From the NCBI GenBank assembly GCA_050273025.1, contig CP158635.1, forward strand, positions 19,406,001-19,470,000: 64,000 bases of DNA. Direction: 5' to 3'. This document shows positions 42,284 through 57,100 of the stretch, in pieces (the first letter of the stretch is position 1; every line of letters starts with the position of its first letter). The position numbers and the translations under genes were made by a program. Under the pieces are notes generated by a model. It saw only the letters and a list, made by a program, of their open reading frames with translations, did no database searches and was not told where the DNA came from. Source of the stretch: Cenococcum geophilum. Taxonomy: Eukaryota.

Positions 42284-42428
42284 GATTATTGTATACTTTC
42301 ATTCACTGTAGAGGTGAGGCACGATGCGTGAATTTGCTGCCGTACAGCTGTTTCAGGACCCTTACCAAGTCTGGCTTTATGCTTAGGTCTATACTAAATC
42401 TCATATACTCCAAAGTTCTTGAAGAATT

Positions 42429-45400
42429 TGTTGGCCACGGAGGTAGCCCTACTACAGAGGTGGGACGGGTGCTGTTCGACGTCAGTTTCAACGTGTATCA
42501 TCACTCTCTAGGGACCCCTGTAGGGGGTCAATTCTCTTATGTATATTAGGGCTCTTAGAGCCACCTTAAATAAAACAGATCACTCATTCATTTCTATGTC
42601 TCTACCTATCAGCTGGCCTATGTCATCTATCGTGATACCTACCTAGCTAAAAGTTATGAGCCTGGTAACCTTCTGAGCACTAGGGAGATCTTAGTGGCCA
42701 GACGAATACCACTAAGCCTCTTTAAGTATAGTTTGTCACGAAATATTGCGTGCTTTACGCGTAAGCGCGTCTCTTTACGCAACCTCAAGAAAACAACAAA
42801 AGCCACTATGGCACCCACAATAACGGACTCTACCAATCCTCTTTTGCTGACCTAAAAGGACTGGCCTTTATGGTTTTAATTTATCCGCTAAGAAGTAAGT
42901 TTTACAAAGATCTGGGACTATATTAACCCAGATAAGACGGAGAACAAAATTAAAGAAAACAATAAGCTAGACATACCCTCAATAGCAGCAGCTCCTACAG
43001 CACCAGCAGTAGCACCAGTAGTAGCTCCTGCAGCACCCGTAACAGCTCTAGCAGCTCCTACAGCACTAGCAGCAGCCCCTATAGCTCCAGTAGCAACTTT
43101 AGCGTCTACTGGAACAGCTACACCTGGGTTATTAAGTTAACAAGAATAATAAACTCAGTAGTCTTTAGAGACACAGAGAATGCTCTTTAAGCTCTATAAG
43201 CTCTAATAACAAGACTATATAAAGCGGGAAGAAAAGCTTTATACCTTTATAGCACTATTATATACCACCATAGGCACCAACTTCTTAGGATATCTTAAAA
43301 ACCTTACCACACCATATTCGATTTTAAGGCAGCTAAAAAAGGTAGTAAAGCTATCTTAAGCTATATTATAGCAAATAGTATTAGACGATCTTAAGAAACG
43401 GAAACAAGGGCCTAAACGTTAGACTCTGGAATCTTAGCTTTAGCTTTATATTACCATTATATAAAACGGCGAAGAGCTAGAGGAAGGGTTAATAGAGGCA
43501 ATAGAAGGCAGCGTTATACAAGCCTTTATCCAGGACTATAAGGAGATCTATCCAGCTCTATATTATACCTTTATTTAAAAGGTAGCAAAGAGGTTAGAGA
43601 AGCTTAAAATAGCGATAATAATTAAGGAATTTAACCTCCTCTATAAGCATCCGAATATAGGACGTAACGCCTATGCTATATTCTTAGGGCAGCCATCTGT
43701 AGATCCTACAACGTCTACTACCCTAGTACCTTCTTAATTACCTAAGGCAAAGTACTTTGCTTATAGTTTACCCTATAAGTTAAAGAATTATAAGTAACTG
43801 TTTTAGTCTCTTTAAGGTCTAAACTTTATACCAAATAATAAGTATCTAAGGAGGTGTTAGGAATGGCTTAAGGTCCTAATAAATAAGTAGTATTATAATA
43901 AAAGGGTTAAGCAGATTAAGAGGGAAGGCCCTAAGTTAAGAACGTCTATATTAGCTTTATCTACTGCTAAAAAGATTAAAGATCTAAACAGGCCCTAAGC
44001 TATAGTAGCTGTTATAACAACATCCTTTTTATTATTAATATTATTGCAGGATTATTTAGATCTGTCTTTAATTAATACCTAGGGGTACAATACTATGGCA
44101 GACACCCATATTGGCAATAATATTAGATACTTCTGTGACTTTAAGCTAAGCATGTCTATAGTAATAGCTAGAGATTTTGGGGCAGAAATCTATAAATACG
44201 GTAATATTAACTTGGCAATTAAGGTGGGAAAATAACGCCTAACTTAGTATCTAATATTAAGGAACGTAGTATACGCTCCCTATTTTTATACTAATCTAAT
44301 ATCCGCAGCAAAGCTCTATAGGGTTGGAGTAATTATAAACTATCTACGCTATAAAGATAACGGAAGCCTATTTAGTAACCTTATAAAATACGGAGGTCTC
44401 TACCTTATTAATACTATCGCCTGCATACCACCTACTCCTACTGCCTATACTATATATACTAAATTCTTTAAGACCTTAGTATATAACAAAATATAGTATT
44501 AACGCTTACTATACTATAATATAGAGTTAGTAGATTATCTGCCGACTGCGGCAGATGGGGTTAAAGTAGTTAAGATAGATAGAGGAAGAACTCCGTATAG
44601 TGTACCACTTTGTAAACCATATATTCTTAGAAAGATCACATAGCAGACATCTTATAGAATATCCGTAAAGGGAACCTACCCTTTTAAACGTGTTTACTTT
44701 AATATTATTATAAAGGAAGACGGGTTTAATAGAGATACGTATATAGCTTACTTTTGGTATAACTATATAAAGTACCATTATACTTTTCCTATTAAGAACT
44801 ACGAGTAAGAGACACTGCTCCCACTCTTCTAATTAATAATAGCATTTACGAAGAAATTTAATGCTTAAGGTATCCGCATTTAGTATATAGATAAGGAGTA
44901 AGGTATAGGGGCTAGGGTAAAGAACCTTATTTAACTTAACGGAGCTATTATTAAGCAATTAACGCTATATACCCTAGCTTAAAATAGATCTATAAAGAGA
45001 TTAGGGAGAGCTATTTCCGAATAAGTAAGGACTGCTATTATTAAAGTAAAGTTACCCGTAGATCTATGGCCCAAGTTTATACTTCTAGCAGTATTCCTAC
45101 TTAATTAAACTCCCATTAAGTCCATCGACTAAAAGACCCTATTTAAGATACTCTATAAACGGAAGCTATAGCTAGCAGGACTTTATATAGCTAGATCTTT
45201 AACCTATATACTTATTAAACACGGCATTTCTAGGAAGGTAAAGTTTAAGCTATAAGCCTAGGTAGGTTATCTCGTTAGTATAGAAGCGTTAAATATCTAT
45301 AGGATATAGATACTAACTACCAACCGCATTATCCGATCTCGTGATATACGAATTAATAAGTTAAAGAGATATTAATCTCCTATAATACTAAAACACCTTA

Positions 45401-48400
45401 TTATCTTACAGGCTTAAAAAGATCGTTTTTAACAAGTCTAGGACCTATTAGATAATCTTTAAGATAGTAATAAGGACTAGATAGAAAACTTTAATAAAGA
45501 ACTAGATGTAAGACTACCGCATTTAGCAAATATTAACGTTACTTCTACGTTAAAAAGCATTTAGATCTTAATAGAAGAACTCTATTAGCTACCTACCCTA
45601 GAACTAATTCTAGAACCGTCTATCCCTTACATCGATAGTGTACTTAGAGCTGTGGCCCGTGCACGCGATTAAAGAACATCAACTTTGTCGCGTCGCGTAG
45701 AGAATAGATAACTTCATTAATTAATTACACCACCATAATGGTTCGTAACTATATTTCTAATGATATAGATCTTATACAGCCTACTTAATATCCTACCTCT
45801 AGAAGTCGGGTTGCGAAAAAGCCACCGCCAGCTCCCGAACCACTACCTTCCTTTAAGCCTCTCCCTATACACAATAATTGCGAATATAGTAAGCCAAATC
45901 TTCCAGAATATATTAATAATAAGGATCCTTGGTAGATCTTTAGGCTGTTTTAGACTAATGAATTAGTTAATTAACTTGTAGAGTATATAAATAAGAATGC
46001 AGAGCTATACCCACCTCTAGAGGATAAGGACTTCCTATGTAGGTGGACGCCTATATCTAGGCAGGAGCTATATACATATTTGGCAGTACTTATTTATATA
46101 GGGTTACATATAGAAAGCACCATTAAAGACTATTGGTATAAGGACTTCTTATATAGTATAATGCATATTATTCGGAATTATATTGGAGCAAATTAATGGT
46201 AGCAAATTAATTACTATTTCTACTGTACTAAGCTAAGACGTGAGGAGGACGAAGGCTTCTAGAGTACTTTTAAAAGAATTAAGGAGCTTAGTAAGGAGCT
46301 TTATTTTACTTTAATAAAGTTATATAAGCCCGGAATACACCTTACCGTTAATAAAACTATTTAGCGCTTTACTGGCCGTGTACCTGAAATTATTAATATA
46401 CCAACTAAGCCTACGCCCAAAGGCTTTAAGATCTAGCTACTGGCTAATTAGGGCTATATTCTTAATTAGATGTTTTATATAAAAGGTAATAGTAAAGGCC
46501 TAGTAGATTTGGATAATTACTGGGTATTAAAGGAAGGCTTTTTAAAGATGCAGGTAATAGTACTAGATTTTCTAACCTAGGAAGATCCTACTACCGGCTA
46601 CCGTCTCTACTAGCTAAACAAGCATACTATCTGGCTAGATAACCTCTTTATATCTATTAAACTCCTTTATTAACTCCGGCAGCTTAGAATTAGGGGTATA
46701 GGAATAGTCTAAATAATAAGGATAAGACGTAAGGAACTTAATGGCAAAAAGGGATAGAGGGAAGGGCAGGAAAATAGCCAAACTATATTACTAAATAAGT
46801 AGATTGATCGAACGCTTGTAGACCTTAAACTCCTCCACTAAAGCTAAATTAAATGGGGTATACTATACGGGAGGCTTTTAGAGGACGGAACAGTAATGGA
46901 GTTTACTTAGAAGGATGCTAATATGGTCCTATTTATAAGTACTATTAGCAACGGTTTATGATTTAGTTTAACACTAAAGCTCTACGGCTAATGACGTCAT
47001 CTATTGCAGGCTTAAACTCTATCAAACGCGAGCGATAATGGCCTACTACTACCTCCTTAAGCTCTCGGCAGACTCGTAAAGTATTTAGTAACACTACTAG
47101 AAAGTGGTTACCTATATTAGAGTTTATTAATATATACAATCGCTTTATAAAAGGCGTCGATACCGCTAACCAAATGAGATCCTATTACACCTCCCTTAAG
47201 ATTTATCGCCGTACTTAGAAGGCTCTCTTTTACTTCCTTTTTAATACCACAGTCACTAACGCCTATAAGCTATCGTCCTACGCAACTCGCGGCTGGCTTA
47301 ATTACGCTGGCCATAAGGCCTTTCGCAAAGATCTCGTTAATGCCTTATTTAAGCACTCCACCCGACTTCCTTAGCAGTATAAATTAAGCGTTTCTATGGA
47401 CAAGATAATATAGTGCCTGGTAGTAGAGCACGGGTATAAGCCTAAGAGGATTAATAAGACGGCAGTTACTTGTGCAGCTTGCCTACAAGCAGGAAGGAAG
47501 ACTTAAGTTTAAAGAATTAGTCGCCGAAAGCCTCTTTATAAGCTATCACTAAATACTATAAGGAAGCCTCGAAGCAGTAAAGCCTGGAAGAGGCCTTAAA
47601 GGTTTCTACGAACCAAATTTGGGTGTAGATTGTGTCGCATACCCCTCTGTAAGACGGGGCCGTATTGGCAGGAGCACGTAGATCGACTTAACACTAAAGA
47701 ATGAAGCTTTGTATATAATATATATACCGAATTTAATATATTTATAGCCTCATCTACGAGGCCTTAGTTTTCTGGCAGAACGATTGACCGCCTACGTATG
47801 CAGCTTCCTGATTGGTGCGCACGGAGCACAACTCTAAGGACGCGTTTATCGATACAAGGGATACCATTAGCGTCTTTAGCGCCTTAGCAATTACTATCTA
47901 CTGTAGTATTTACGCCATAGACACTATCTACTACTTAGTTATCTTCTAAAGTTACTAAACCACTATTTGTAGATTCTATACCTTATTCTAAATCTTAGAC
48001 AATAGCAGGCTTATTATTAGGGGGTAAGAGACGTTCTAGCCGTAAAAAGCGGTTTACGGTAAAGAAGAAAGATATACTAAATTAGGATCTATAATAACGA
48101 GCCTTTACGGTTTAAATTAATAACAGTAATATTATTAATCTAGATATAACACCATTGGCTTACGCTTTCTATACTACTGCTATAAAGATATACGGACATT
48201 AAGACGACTTTCTACCACCACTAGGGTTATAAAAAGAGATACTAAATTATAAGTACGCTATAGAGTTTAAAGCAGCTGCTTATACCAAGATAAAGGCCTT
48301 AACTAAAAAGTAGACCTAGGACGAGGTACGACTAATTAAGAAGGTCTATTAACTTCCTACTATATAGGTCTTTACGTACAAGGAAGATTTAAATGGCTTT

Positions 48401-50097
48401 ATTATAAGATTTAAGGCTCGTCTAGTTATCCGTAGAGACCTTTAGGCAGTCTTATAAGAGGAGGTTAAAGCTATAACGGCAGCCTATTAAACCTTCCGTC
48501 TACTTTACGCTCTTATCGCTGGCTTTAACCTAGATGTTATACAAATTAACGCCATTAACGCCTTTATTAATGCCTTGGTTAACAATAAGGTCTACCTTAT
48601 TCCCCCTAAGGGTATAGACCTACCGCCTAGATTCTCTCTCCGTCTAAGAAAGGTAATATACGGACTATAGAAATCTCCAAAATTGTAGTTTTTAGAAATA
48701 TCTGCTGCTCTATAAAGTATGGGTTTAAAAGCTATACTAAATAAGCCGTATCTCTATATACACCCTACCAAACCTATCTTTATATTCTTTTACGTTAACA
48801 ATATCCTAATTATAGGACACCTAAGCTGTTATTAGTAAATAGAGGACATCCTAAAGCAGCTATAAGATTAATTTAAGATCCGCTAAATACCTTAGTTTAT
48901 ATCATTCCTAAATACTCGTGTTATGTAAAATCGATAAAAGGGAAAGCTTTAGCTCTGTTTAGATTAATATCTTAAGAAGCTAGTCTTAATATACTATCTA
49001 GAATATCTAAAGCTATTAGCTATACTACTATCGGGCTAGGAATTAACGCCGTATAAGGGAGAAGCTACGCCGAATTAGACGAAAGGATATTAATATTATG
49101 TAGGTTCTGTAATATATCCGGCATCTACTATATAACTAAACATTGCTTTCTTAGTCAGTAGACTAGCTAAGTTCTTATAAAATCCGTTACTAGCTTATCT
49201 TGCAGAGATTAATAGATTACTTACCTATCTCTACAATACCAGATACCTCACTCTTAAGTTCTCTACTATTACGCTATATAAGATAAACTAGGTTCTAAAA
49301 GCTGCTTCTAATACTAGCTTTACTAACAATGCTTTAATATATTAGAGCTTACAGGGTTTCTTAATAAGCTTATTTAATAGGCCTATAGCATAGTAGGCAA
49401 CTAGATAAAAGGTAGTCACTAAATCTACTACAGAGGCAGAACTCCTAGCTCTCTTATACGTCGGTGGGGAGGTTAAGCATATAGTTTGGGTCTTTAAAGC
49501 TATTAAATTCGATCCTAAATAAGTCGTTATTATTAATTGTAACAATTAGTAGTTAGTACGGATTATAATAAAAGAGACCCTTATAGTATCTATAAAACTC
49601 TAATATATAGATATCTATTAATTCTAGCTTCGCCAAGAAGTCTAAAACGGAAGCTTTGTTGTATAATAGGTACCAATAAGCAAGATAGCTGCAGATGGAC
49701 TAACTAAAGCTCTCTTAAAGCAAAATTATTAAAAATTCATCGAAGTCTTGGGGCTCCGCGATATTAGACATCTGGTTAATTAACGCTCGGCAAAGCTTAC
49801 TACTAGCACGTCTCTCCTAACTGCCTAATTTGGTAATCCAGCTCTAACGTAATACGTCAGATCTAAGGGGGTGTGTTGGCCACGGAGGTAGCCCTACTAC
49901 AGAGGTGGGACGGGTGCTGTTCAACGTTAGTTTTAACGTGTATCATCACTCTCTAGGGACCCCTGTAGGGGGTCAATTCTCTTATGTATATTAGGGCTCT
50001 TAGAGCCACCTTGAATAAAATAGATCACTTATTCATTTCTGTGTCTCTACCTATTAGCTGGCCTATGTCATCTATCGTGATACCTGCCTGGCTGAAA
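42429..50097 (+). mobile_element. Full-length RIP-degraded Ty1/Copia retrotransposon
   Basis: 224-bp LTRs at 42429-42652 and 49874-50097, TSD GAATT, gttatgagcc PBS-like sequence and PPT. Domain order is integrase, RT (YVDD remnant ~48791), RNase H (ADGLTKAL ~49690). Confidence 0.95.
45623..47861 (+). mobile_element. piggyBac-like DNA transposon (RIP-degraded; transposase 45738-47704 with intron ~46954-47009), nested in Copia
   Basis: TIRs tcccttacatcgata / tatcgatacaaggga. Motifs RFTGR..NIPTKPTPxGFK, WLDNLF, YNRFxKGVDTANQMRSYY and a Cys-rich C-terminus GCRLCRIPLC. Confidence 0.88.
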
Positions 50098-51115
50098 GAA
50101 TTGATCTCGGAAACCAATTGCGTAGCGATGGCTATGCGTCAACCGATAAAATACGTCCTATTTGGCATCACCAAAAGGACCGGTCTTTTTGGGCCAATTG
50201 GGCGTTAACACTATGTGAGGCGACCCAGGCACTGCAAAGTTAAAGCGGCAAGTTGCAGAACTTAGGCGCTAGATACCCTTGATTTATGTCTCTCGTGCGG
50301 TGCGCATTGCTAACTCTATTAATTAAATTAAATGGCAGCAGGAGAAAAGCTGGCAGGATTCCATAGCAAGTTCCCTTATTGGGCTAGTGGAACAGCTTCT
50401 TGTGAGATATGCACGCCAAGATTCAAGAATTAACACACCGTTGTACCTTTTTCAAAAAATTGGTATTGGATGTCTAAAGAGAGCCTATGAAACAAAATCA
50501 ATAAGCTTCACTTTCGGGAAAGGGCATGTGGTCTTGATTGAATCTTATCCCGCGGAGATATTTATCTCCTTGCTTAGGAATCTTTGAATTGGAAAGTTTC
50601 CATAACCACAGTAATTAGATTCTCGGAAGAGATTAATGCGGAGTAGAGAATTGATTACTGCTTCATTCGTGAGTATCAACCCGCAATAGGTAACAAGGTA
50701 GCCATATGCCTTATAACGTTAAACAATGCAAGCCGTAGGCACAAACGAGCCCAAGAAGGTTTTTTCTTGGAAAGTTCTGGGTCAGTCGGAAGCTCCTAAC
50801 CTAAAGAAACGAAAGCCTAAGCCCCGAAGGTAGAGCATAAGACAGTTAATAAAATATATGTCCTTGCTAAACCGAAAGTATAACTCTAGCTAATTTACCG
50901 TACATAGCTAGGATAATATAACCTTAAAGTATAAGATAGTTAAATTCTCTACAGTGCCTTTTAAGGTGGACGTATATAACGAATATATATTTATTATTTG
51001 TATACGCATTAGTAAGCACGATAATAGCTACCGGATTTATATCACTAACGGCGAAATAATAGACAAGAAGACTAAACATATAACGTACCTTATTGACGTT
51101 AAATCTAAAGGCCTA

Positions 51116-54100
51116 TCCCTTACATTATCGATGTGATATATAATGTGGCCCGTGCGCGCGGTTAGGAACATCGAAACTTCGCGTTAAAGTTGTAAATATA
51201 TAGCTTCATCAATTAAATACACTACAATTATGGTGCGTAATTGTGAAAGTAATAATATAGACTTTGTTCCTTATACCAAACACCTAAAATACGCGTCTTA
51301 AAAGTCTTAAAACCCTCCTCCTAAGCCCTAGCCCTTACCTAATTTTAAACCTCTTCCTATTAAGAACGAAAATACCTATAATAAGCTAAATCTTCCTTTT
51401 AACGTTAATAATAGCAACCCCTATAGCTATTTAAGCTATTCTTTATAGATAAAATTTTAGATTAACTTATAGAGTATATAAATAGAAACGCGGAGCTCTG
51501 TTAAACCCTAGAGAATAAGACTCTAAAGGGACGCCTATGGAAGTAGAAGCTAATATTAAGGGTAGAGCTGTATATATACTTAGCAGTGCTAATTTATATA
51601 GGGCTATATATAGAAAGCAATATTAAGAAGTATTAGTATAAAGACTTTAGTTATGGCTTAATATACATTATTTAGAACTTTATTAGACTTAATAAATTTT
51701 GCTAAATTAACTGCTATTTCTACTACACTAAACTACGAGAAGATAATAACAAAGCTTTCTAAAATACTTTTAAAAGGATTTAGGACCTTAGTAAGTACCT
51801 ACGCGTACTCTATATAAAGCTTTACACCCCTAGTATATACCTTACCGTTAACGAGACGATTAAATAGTTTACCAGCCAGGCTCCTAAAATTATTAATATT
51901 CCTACTAAGCTAACGCCAGAGGGCTTTAAAATCTAGGTTTTGGGCAATTAAGGTTATAGCCTTAACTAGATATTCCACGCTAACGGTAATAAGAAAAGTC
52001 TATATAATCTAGATAAGGTATATATAAAGAAGGAAGGCTTTTCTAAGACATAGGTAGTAGTACTTAACTTACTATTATAGAGAGACAACCTTACTAATAA
52101 GCTACTTTATCCACTAAATAAATATATAGTTTAGCTTAATAACTTATTTATAAGCATGAAGCTACTCTCTTATAACGGCGCTATCGCACATTACCTGCCA
52201 AATTCTGCCATATTCTGCTGACCTACAATTGGCCCGCCTAAAGCTAGCGCCTTAGCGGCTTACCCTACATATTTATTTACATCGGTCCTAGCAACCCCTT
52301 TTCCTTCTCTTTAGCTTAGTATCTTCGTAATATAGTATTCATTCAAGCTTCGGTTTAGAGGCATTTATTTAAGCCGTAACATTATACTAAGCTCTCCCTC
52401 CCTTGCCTAGGAAGGCCTCAATAATATCCCACCCCAAAGAAACTTCGTCTGCAATAACGCATTAACACGCTATACTTAGACACCAAAACAACTCTATATT
52501 GCCTGGGAAGGCCTAGATAATATCCCACCTTATAAGCTAGACAGGACTAGACCTATACCCCCTAAAATTAAAACTAAAGCGTACGATACTAACGAACCTT
52601 AGGAAGCTAACGATGGCACCTAAAGCAAGCTTATTTAAGAGAGCTGCCTCTACCTAAAAGGAACCTAAGATCTAATTAGGATCAGAAATCGAAGACAATG
52701 ATAATATTATAAACGTATGCGAGCAGATTTGCGCCCTTGCAGCCAGCTAGGAAGCCAATTATCTTAAAGCGAGAAATATATAAGAGACTCTATAAGAGAT
52801 CCTAGAAAGCCTTACGGCCCTATAAAATAGCCCGGCTTCTTCTTAAAGCCCTAGCCGACCTATTCACTCCACTAAATGCAATACGCCAGGGAGTATGGAT
52901 ATAATAACGAAGCAATTAAAGTCCATTAAGCTCCCTAACCCCCTACTACTATCTAACGGGATAGACCCTACCTTTAAGAATTAGAGGATTTAAGTACGAG
53001 GAAAGCTCTATGTTAACTATAGCTATTTCCTTTCTAAAGAAGCCAAAATGCTCTACCTCTTTAGTTGAACCACTAGGGACGCCTAACAGCACCTTTAAGC
53101 CAAGTTTAAGGACGACTCCCCTGTCTAATTTATATCTGTAAATAAGATAATACGGTACCTAGCGGCTATCTATATTAACCCAAATAAAGTATAGGATGCC
53201 TATTATAACTATAATTACCTAATAATAAAACTAAATTAACCCTTTACTAAATTCTAGACTTAATTCCTATACCTTATAGAAGAAGGCCAGGTTCCTCTTA
53301 AAAACTACTAATTAGACCTGTATAATAAGCTAATAATCCGGCTATAAGAAAAGATCGTTATAACCTTAAATAACCTACCAACCTATAAAAGACTCGCAGC
53401 TTATTACCTATTATTAGACTCTAAACTAAAGTAGATTAACGCCCGCCCTAATCGGCAAAAGCAACTTTATAATAATTAGAACTCGCTAGCTATACCTATA
53501 GAAGCTAGAGTAGGAAGATAAGTTATAACTACTCTTATACTAAAGGCGGTTATAACTACGCACTAACAAGCCTCGCCTAACTAGCCATATACTACGCTAT
53601 TAACTAGTATTCGCCGTAATACTCTAATTAACCCTACCTCGGCTACGTGCTTTAACTGCAATAAGTAGGGTTACTTTACCTCGTCCTACCTGGAGCTAAA
53701 GGATATAGGTAATATTAAGGAGATAGAGGAAGAAGAAATGTCCAATAAGTTAGGAAAAGAAAAACCCTAGGAAAAGACTCCCCCCTAGGGTACCCTATTA
53801 ATCTTAAAGAGATTAATCTTAGTTAGTTAATAGGTGGAAAGCATTTTACAGTTCTATATATAGTATCTTAAAATAGATATAGAGTTAATATAACCGCCCT
53901 TATTAACACTAAAGCAAATAGCTTCGCCTTTATAAATACTGCCTATATAAATAATATTGCTAAGTTTCTAAATATAGAAGCCATCTAACTAGAGAAGCCT
54001 GTCTAGGTAAAGGGCTATAACGACTAAGTAGGTCGGCCCGTTACCTATATCTTAAAGTTACATATCGCTCTTAACGGACGACGCTAATACGGTATCCCCT

Positions 54101-57100
54101 TTTATATCCTAAACCTAGGGTCTTATAATATAATCCTCGGACGAAAATAGATGTCCTATTTTAATATTTAGTTAAATGTACGAAAAAGACGGTTTGTCTG
54201 GCCGGAGGATAGACTAAGGTTACCCTCCTTTGTTAGGGAGATCTAAACCAACCGCAAGACACTAGCCATAAGGGCTAACCCTACCTACTAGTAGGATGTC
54301 TGGGCCTATAACTTAGCCTTTACCTAAAAAGACGCCCGCCGTAAAGCTAGAAAGAACTCTGTACTAATAAAGATACTCTCCCAAAGCGCTACGTTTAAAG
54401 AGAACTCTATATATAGAAGTAGGACAGATAGTGATATAGATAACGTCTAAATCGCATAGATCTAACCGGTATAGAAAAGAACGTATTAATAGGATATAAG
54501 GGATAACCTTTAAAAGATATAATAGGAGCTAAAAGAAGTAATAATAACGCTAGTACCTTAGAAGTCCCTAAAGTTACATACGCCCCTATTATTAGTTAAC
54601 CCCCTACCGTAAATATTACCGCAATTAGCGCTATAGCGTTCCATTTTAATATATACCGGAAGGATAATAAGGTCTTTATAATAAGCCTATATAAAATTAA
54701 CTAAATTATTAATAATAGAGAGGAAAGGCTAGATAAGGAAACCGATGAGGAACTAGTTAAACGCCTCCTTTTTATCATTTATATAGGCTATAAGGATATA
54801 TTCTTAAAGGCGGCCTTAGATAAGTTACCCCCCTACCAGATATACAATTATAAGATTTAATTAGAAGCCAATAACTCGCTAGGCTATAGCCCCCTCTACT
54901 ATTAATTAACGGATAAGCTAAAAGTAACAAAGTAGTACTTAATTAATAACCTAAATAAAGGGTTTATTAAGCCAAGTTAAGCCCCTTTTACTTCCCCTAT
55001 CCTATTTATAAAAAGTCTAATAAAGGCCTTTATTTTTGTATTAACTATTAAAAGCTAAACGCTATTACTTAAAAAGACCGGTATCCTATTCCTCTAATTA
55101 ATAAGACCCTTATACGTCTAAGCCAGGTAAAGATCTTTACTAAACTAGATATCTGCTAAGCTTTCTACTAAATTAGGATAGACCCTATATCTAAAGATTT
55201 AACAACGTTCTGTACCTATTATGGTTCCTATAAATATAAAGTTCTTCCTTTTAGACTAATAAACGGACCAGCTACGTACTAAAGGTATATAAATAACATT
55301 CTTTTTAATTACCTTAATAAATTCTGTACGGCATACCTAGACGACATTCTTATATACTTAGACAATAAACTTAAGCATTAAGTTTATGTTAAGAAGGTCC
55401 TAGAGAGACTATAGAACGCGGGCTTATAAGTTAATATTAAGAAATATAAGTTTAGGGTAAAACGTATAAAATACTTCGGGTTTATCGTAACTATAGAAGG
55501 AATTAAGGTTAACCCTAAGAAGGTAGAGGCAATCCGTAACTAGAAGCCCCCTTATATAGTAAAAGGAATCTAGTCCTTCCTTAGCTTTTATAACTTCTAT
55601 TACCGGTTTATCTATAACTACGGAATTATAGTAAAACCTCTTATACGACTAACCAGAAAGGACACGCCTTTTATCTTTAATAATAGCTATATAGAAGCCT
55701 TTAAAGAGGTAAAGGATCGGCTTATCTCTCCCTTAGTCCTTTATTACTATAACCTGGACCTTAAATTAATACTAAAAACAGACGCCTCTAATAGGGTTGT
55801 AGCGGGAATCCTATTACAGTTATATCCAGACGGCGAATAGTACCCTATAGCTTTCTTCTTAAAGATAATAGACCCAGCTAAGTATAACTATAAAGTATAT
55901 AATAAAGAAATACTAGCTATTATTTAATTACTCTCCTAATAGCGCGTAAAGCTTAAAGGTATAAACTCCCGGATTAAGATATATATAGATTATAAAGCCC
56001 TAAAGTACTTTATAACTATAAAGCAGCTTATAGGATAATAAGCCTAGTGGGCTAAAATACTCTCCTAATTCTTTTTTACGATTATATATCGTTCTAGTAA
56101 GTAAAACTCTAAGGCTAATACTCTAACCTAAAGAAAACAAGATATAGGACCCTAGGATAAGCTAAAGACCCAATATTAGACGCGCGCCCTCCTCTATCTA
56201 GAACAGCTCGACCCGCGGATCCTTAAGGAGCTAAACTTCTAGTAAAACAAGCTAGCACTAATAGAGAAGTCCTTAGATAAGCTAATAGGGCTAATTAACC
56301 GCCTCCTAACTGCAAACCGCACGGCTAACGCCCTAAGGGCCCTCCGCGAATAAGCCGTAAAAGAAGACCCCAATTTTAAAACAGAGGAAGGATTGCTCCT
56401 ATACTAGGAGCGGCTTATAGTCCCTAACGTCGATAATCTATAGACTAAACTAATCCGCGAAGCTTATTGCTAAGTCTCTATGGCATACCCTAGCAAGAAT
56501 AAGACCCGTAAAATTATTAACTGCCACTACTACTGGCCAAAAATAGTTGTAGATATTAATTAATATATATAGAACTGCGAAGACTACTAGAGAGCTATAA
56601 TCCTATGGGATAAGACCTTAGGACTACTTAAGCCACTCCTAATACTAGAGCGCCCTTAGCAGTATATCTTTATAAACTTCTATAAACTACCTAGGGACCG
56701 TAACGGATACAATATAGTTATAGTTATAGTCAACCGCTTTAGTAAACGCCCGTTCTTAATTCCCTATTATAAAAACATTAATACTAAAGAGGCAGCCTAG
56801 CTATATATCCATTACGTCTACCGAATCTATAGACTACTAAATACTATTATATCTAATTATAGGCTATAGTTTATATCGGCCTTCTAGAATAAGTTTACCT
56901 GGATTTTAAGCATTAAGCTAAAGCTTTCTACGGCTTATTACCCCTAGACAGACAGTTAAATAGAGATTATAAATTAGTACCTGGACTAGAGGCTTAGGCC
57001 CTTTATTAACTATTTCTAGGATAACTGGTCTAAACTACTACCCTTAATAAACTACGCGCAAGCAACCCTACCCTATAACTCCACAAGGTTTACCCCGATT

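Noticed and set aside
42985..43110. Ala/Pro-rich repeated codons
   Set aside because: Low-complexity part of the Copia gag, not a separate element.
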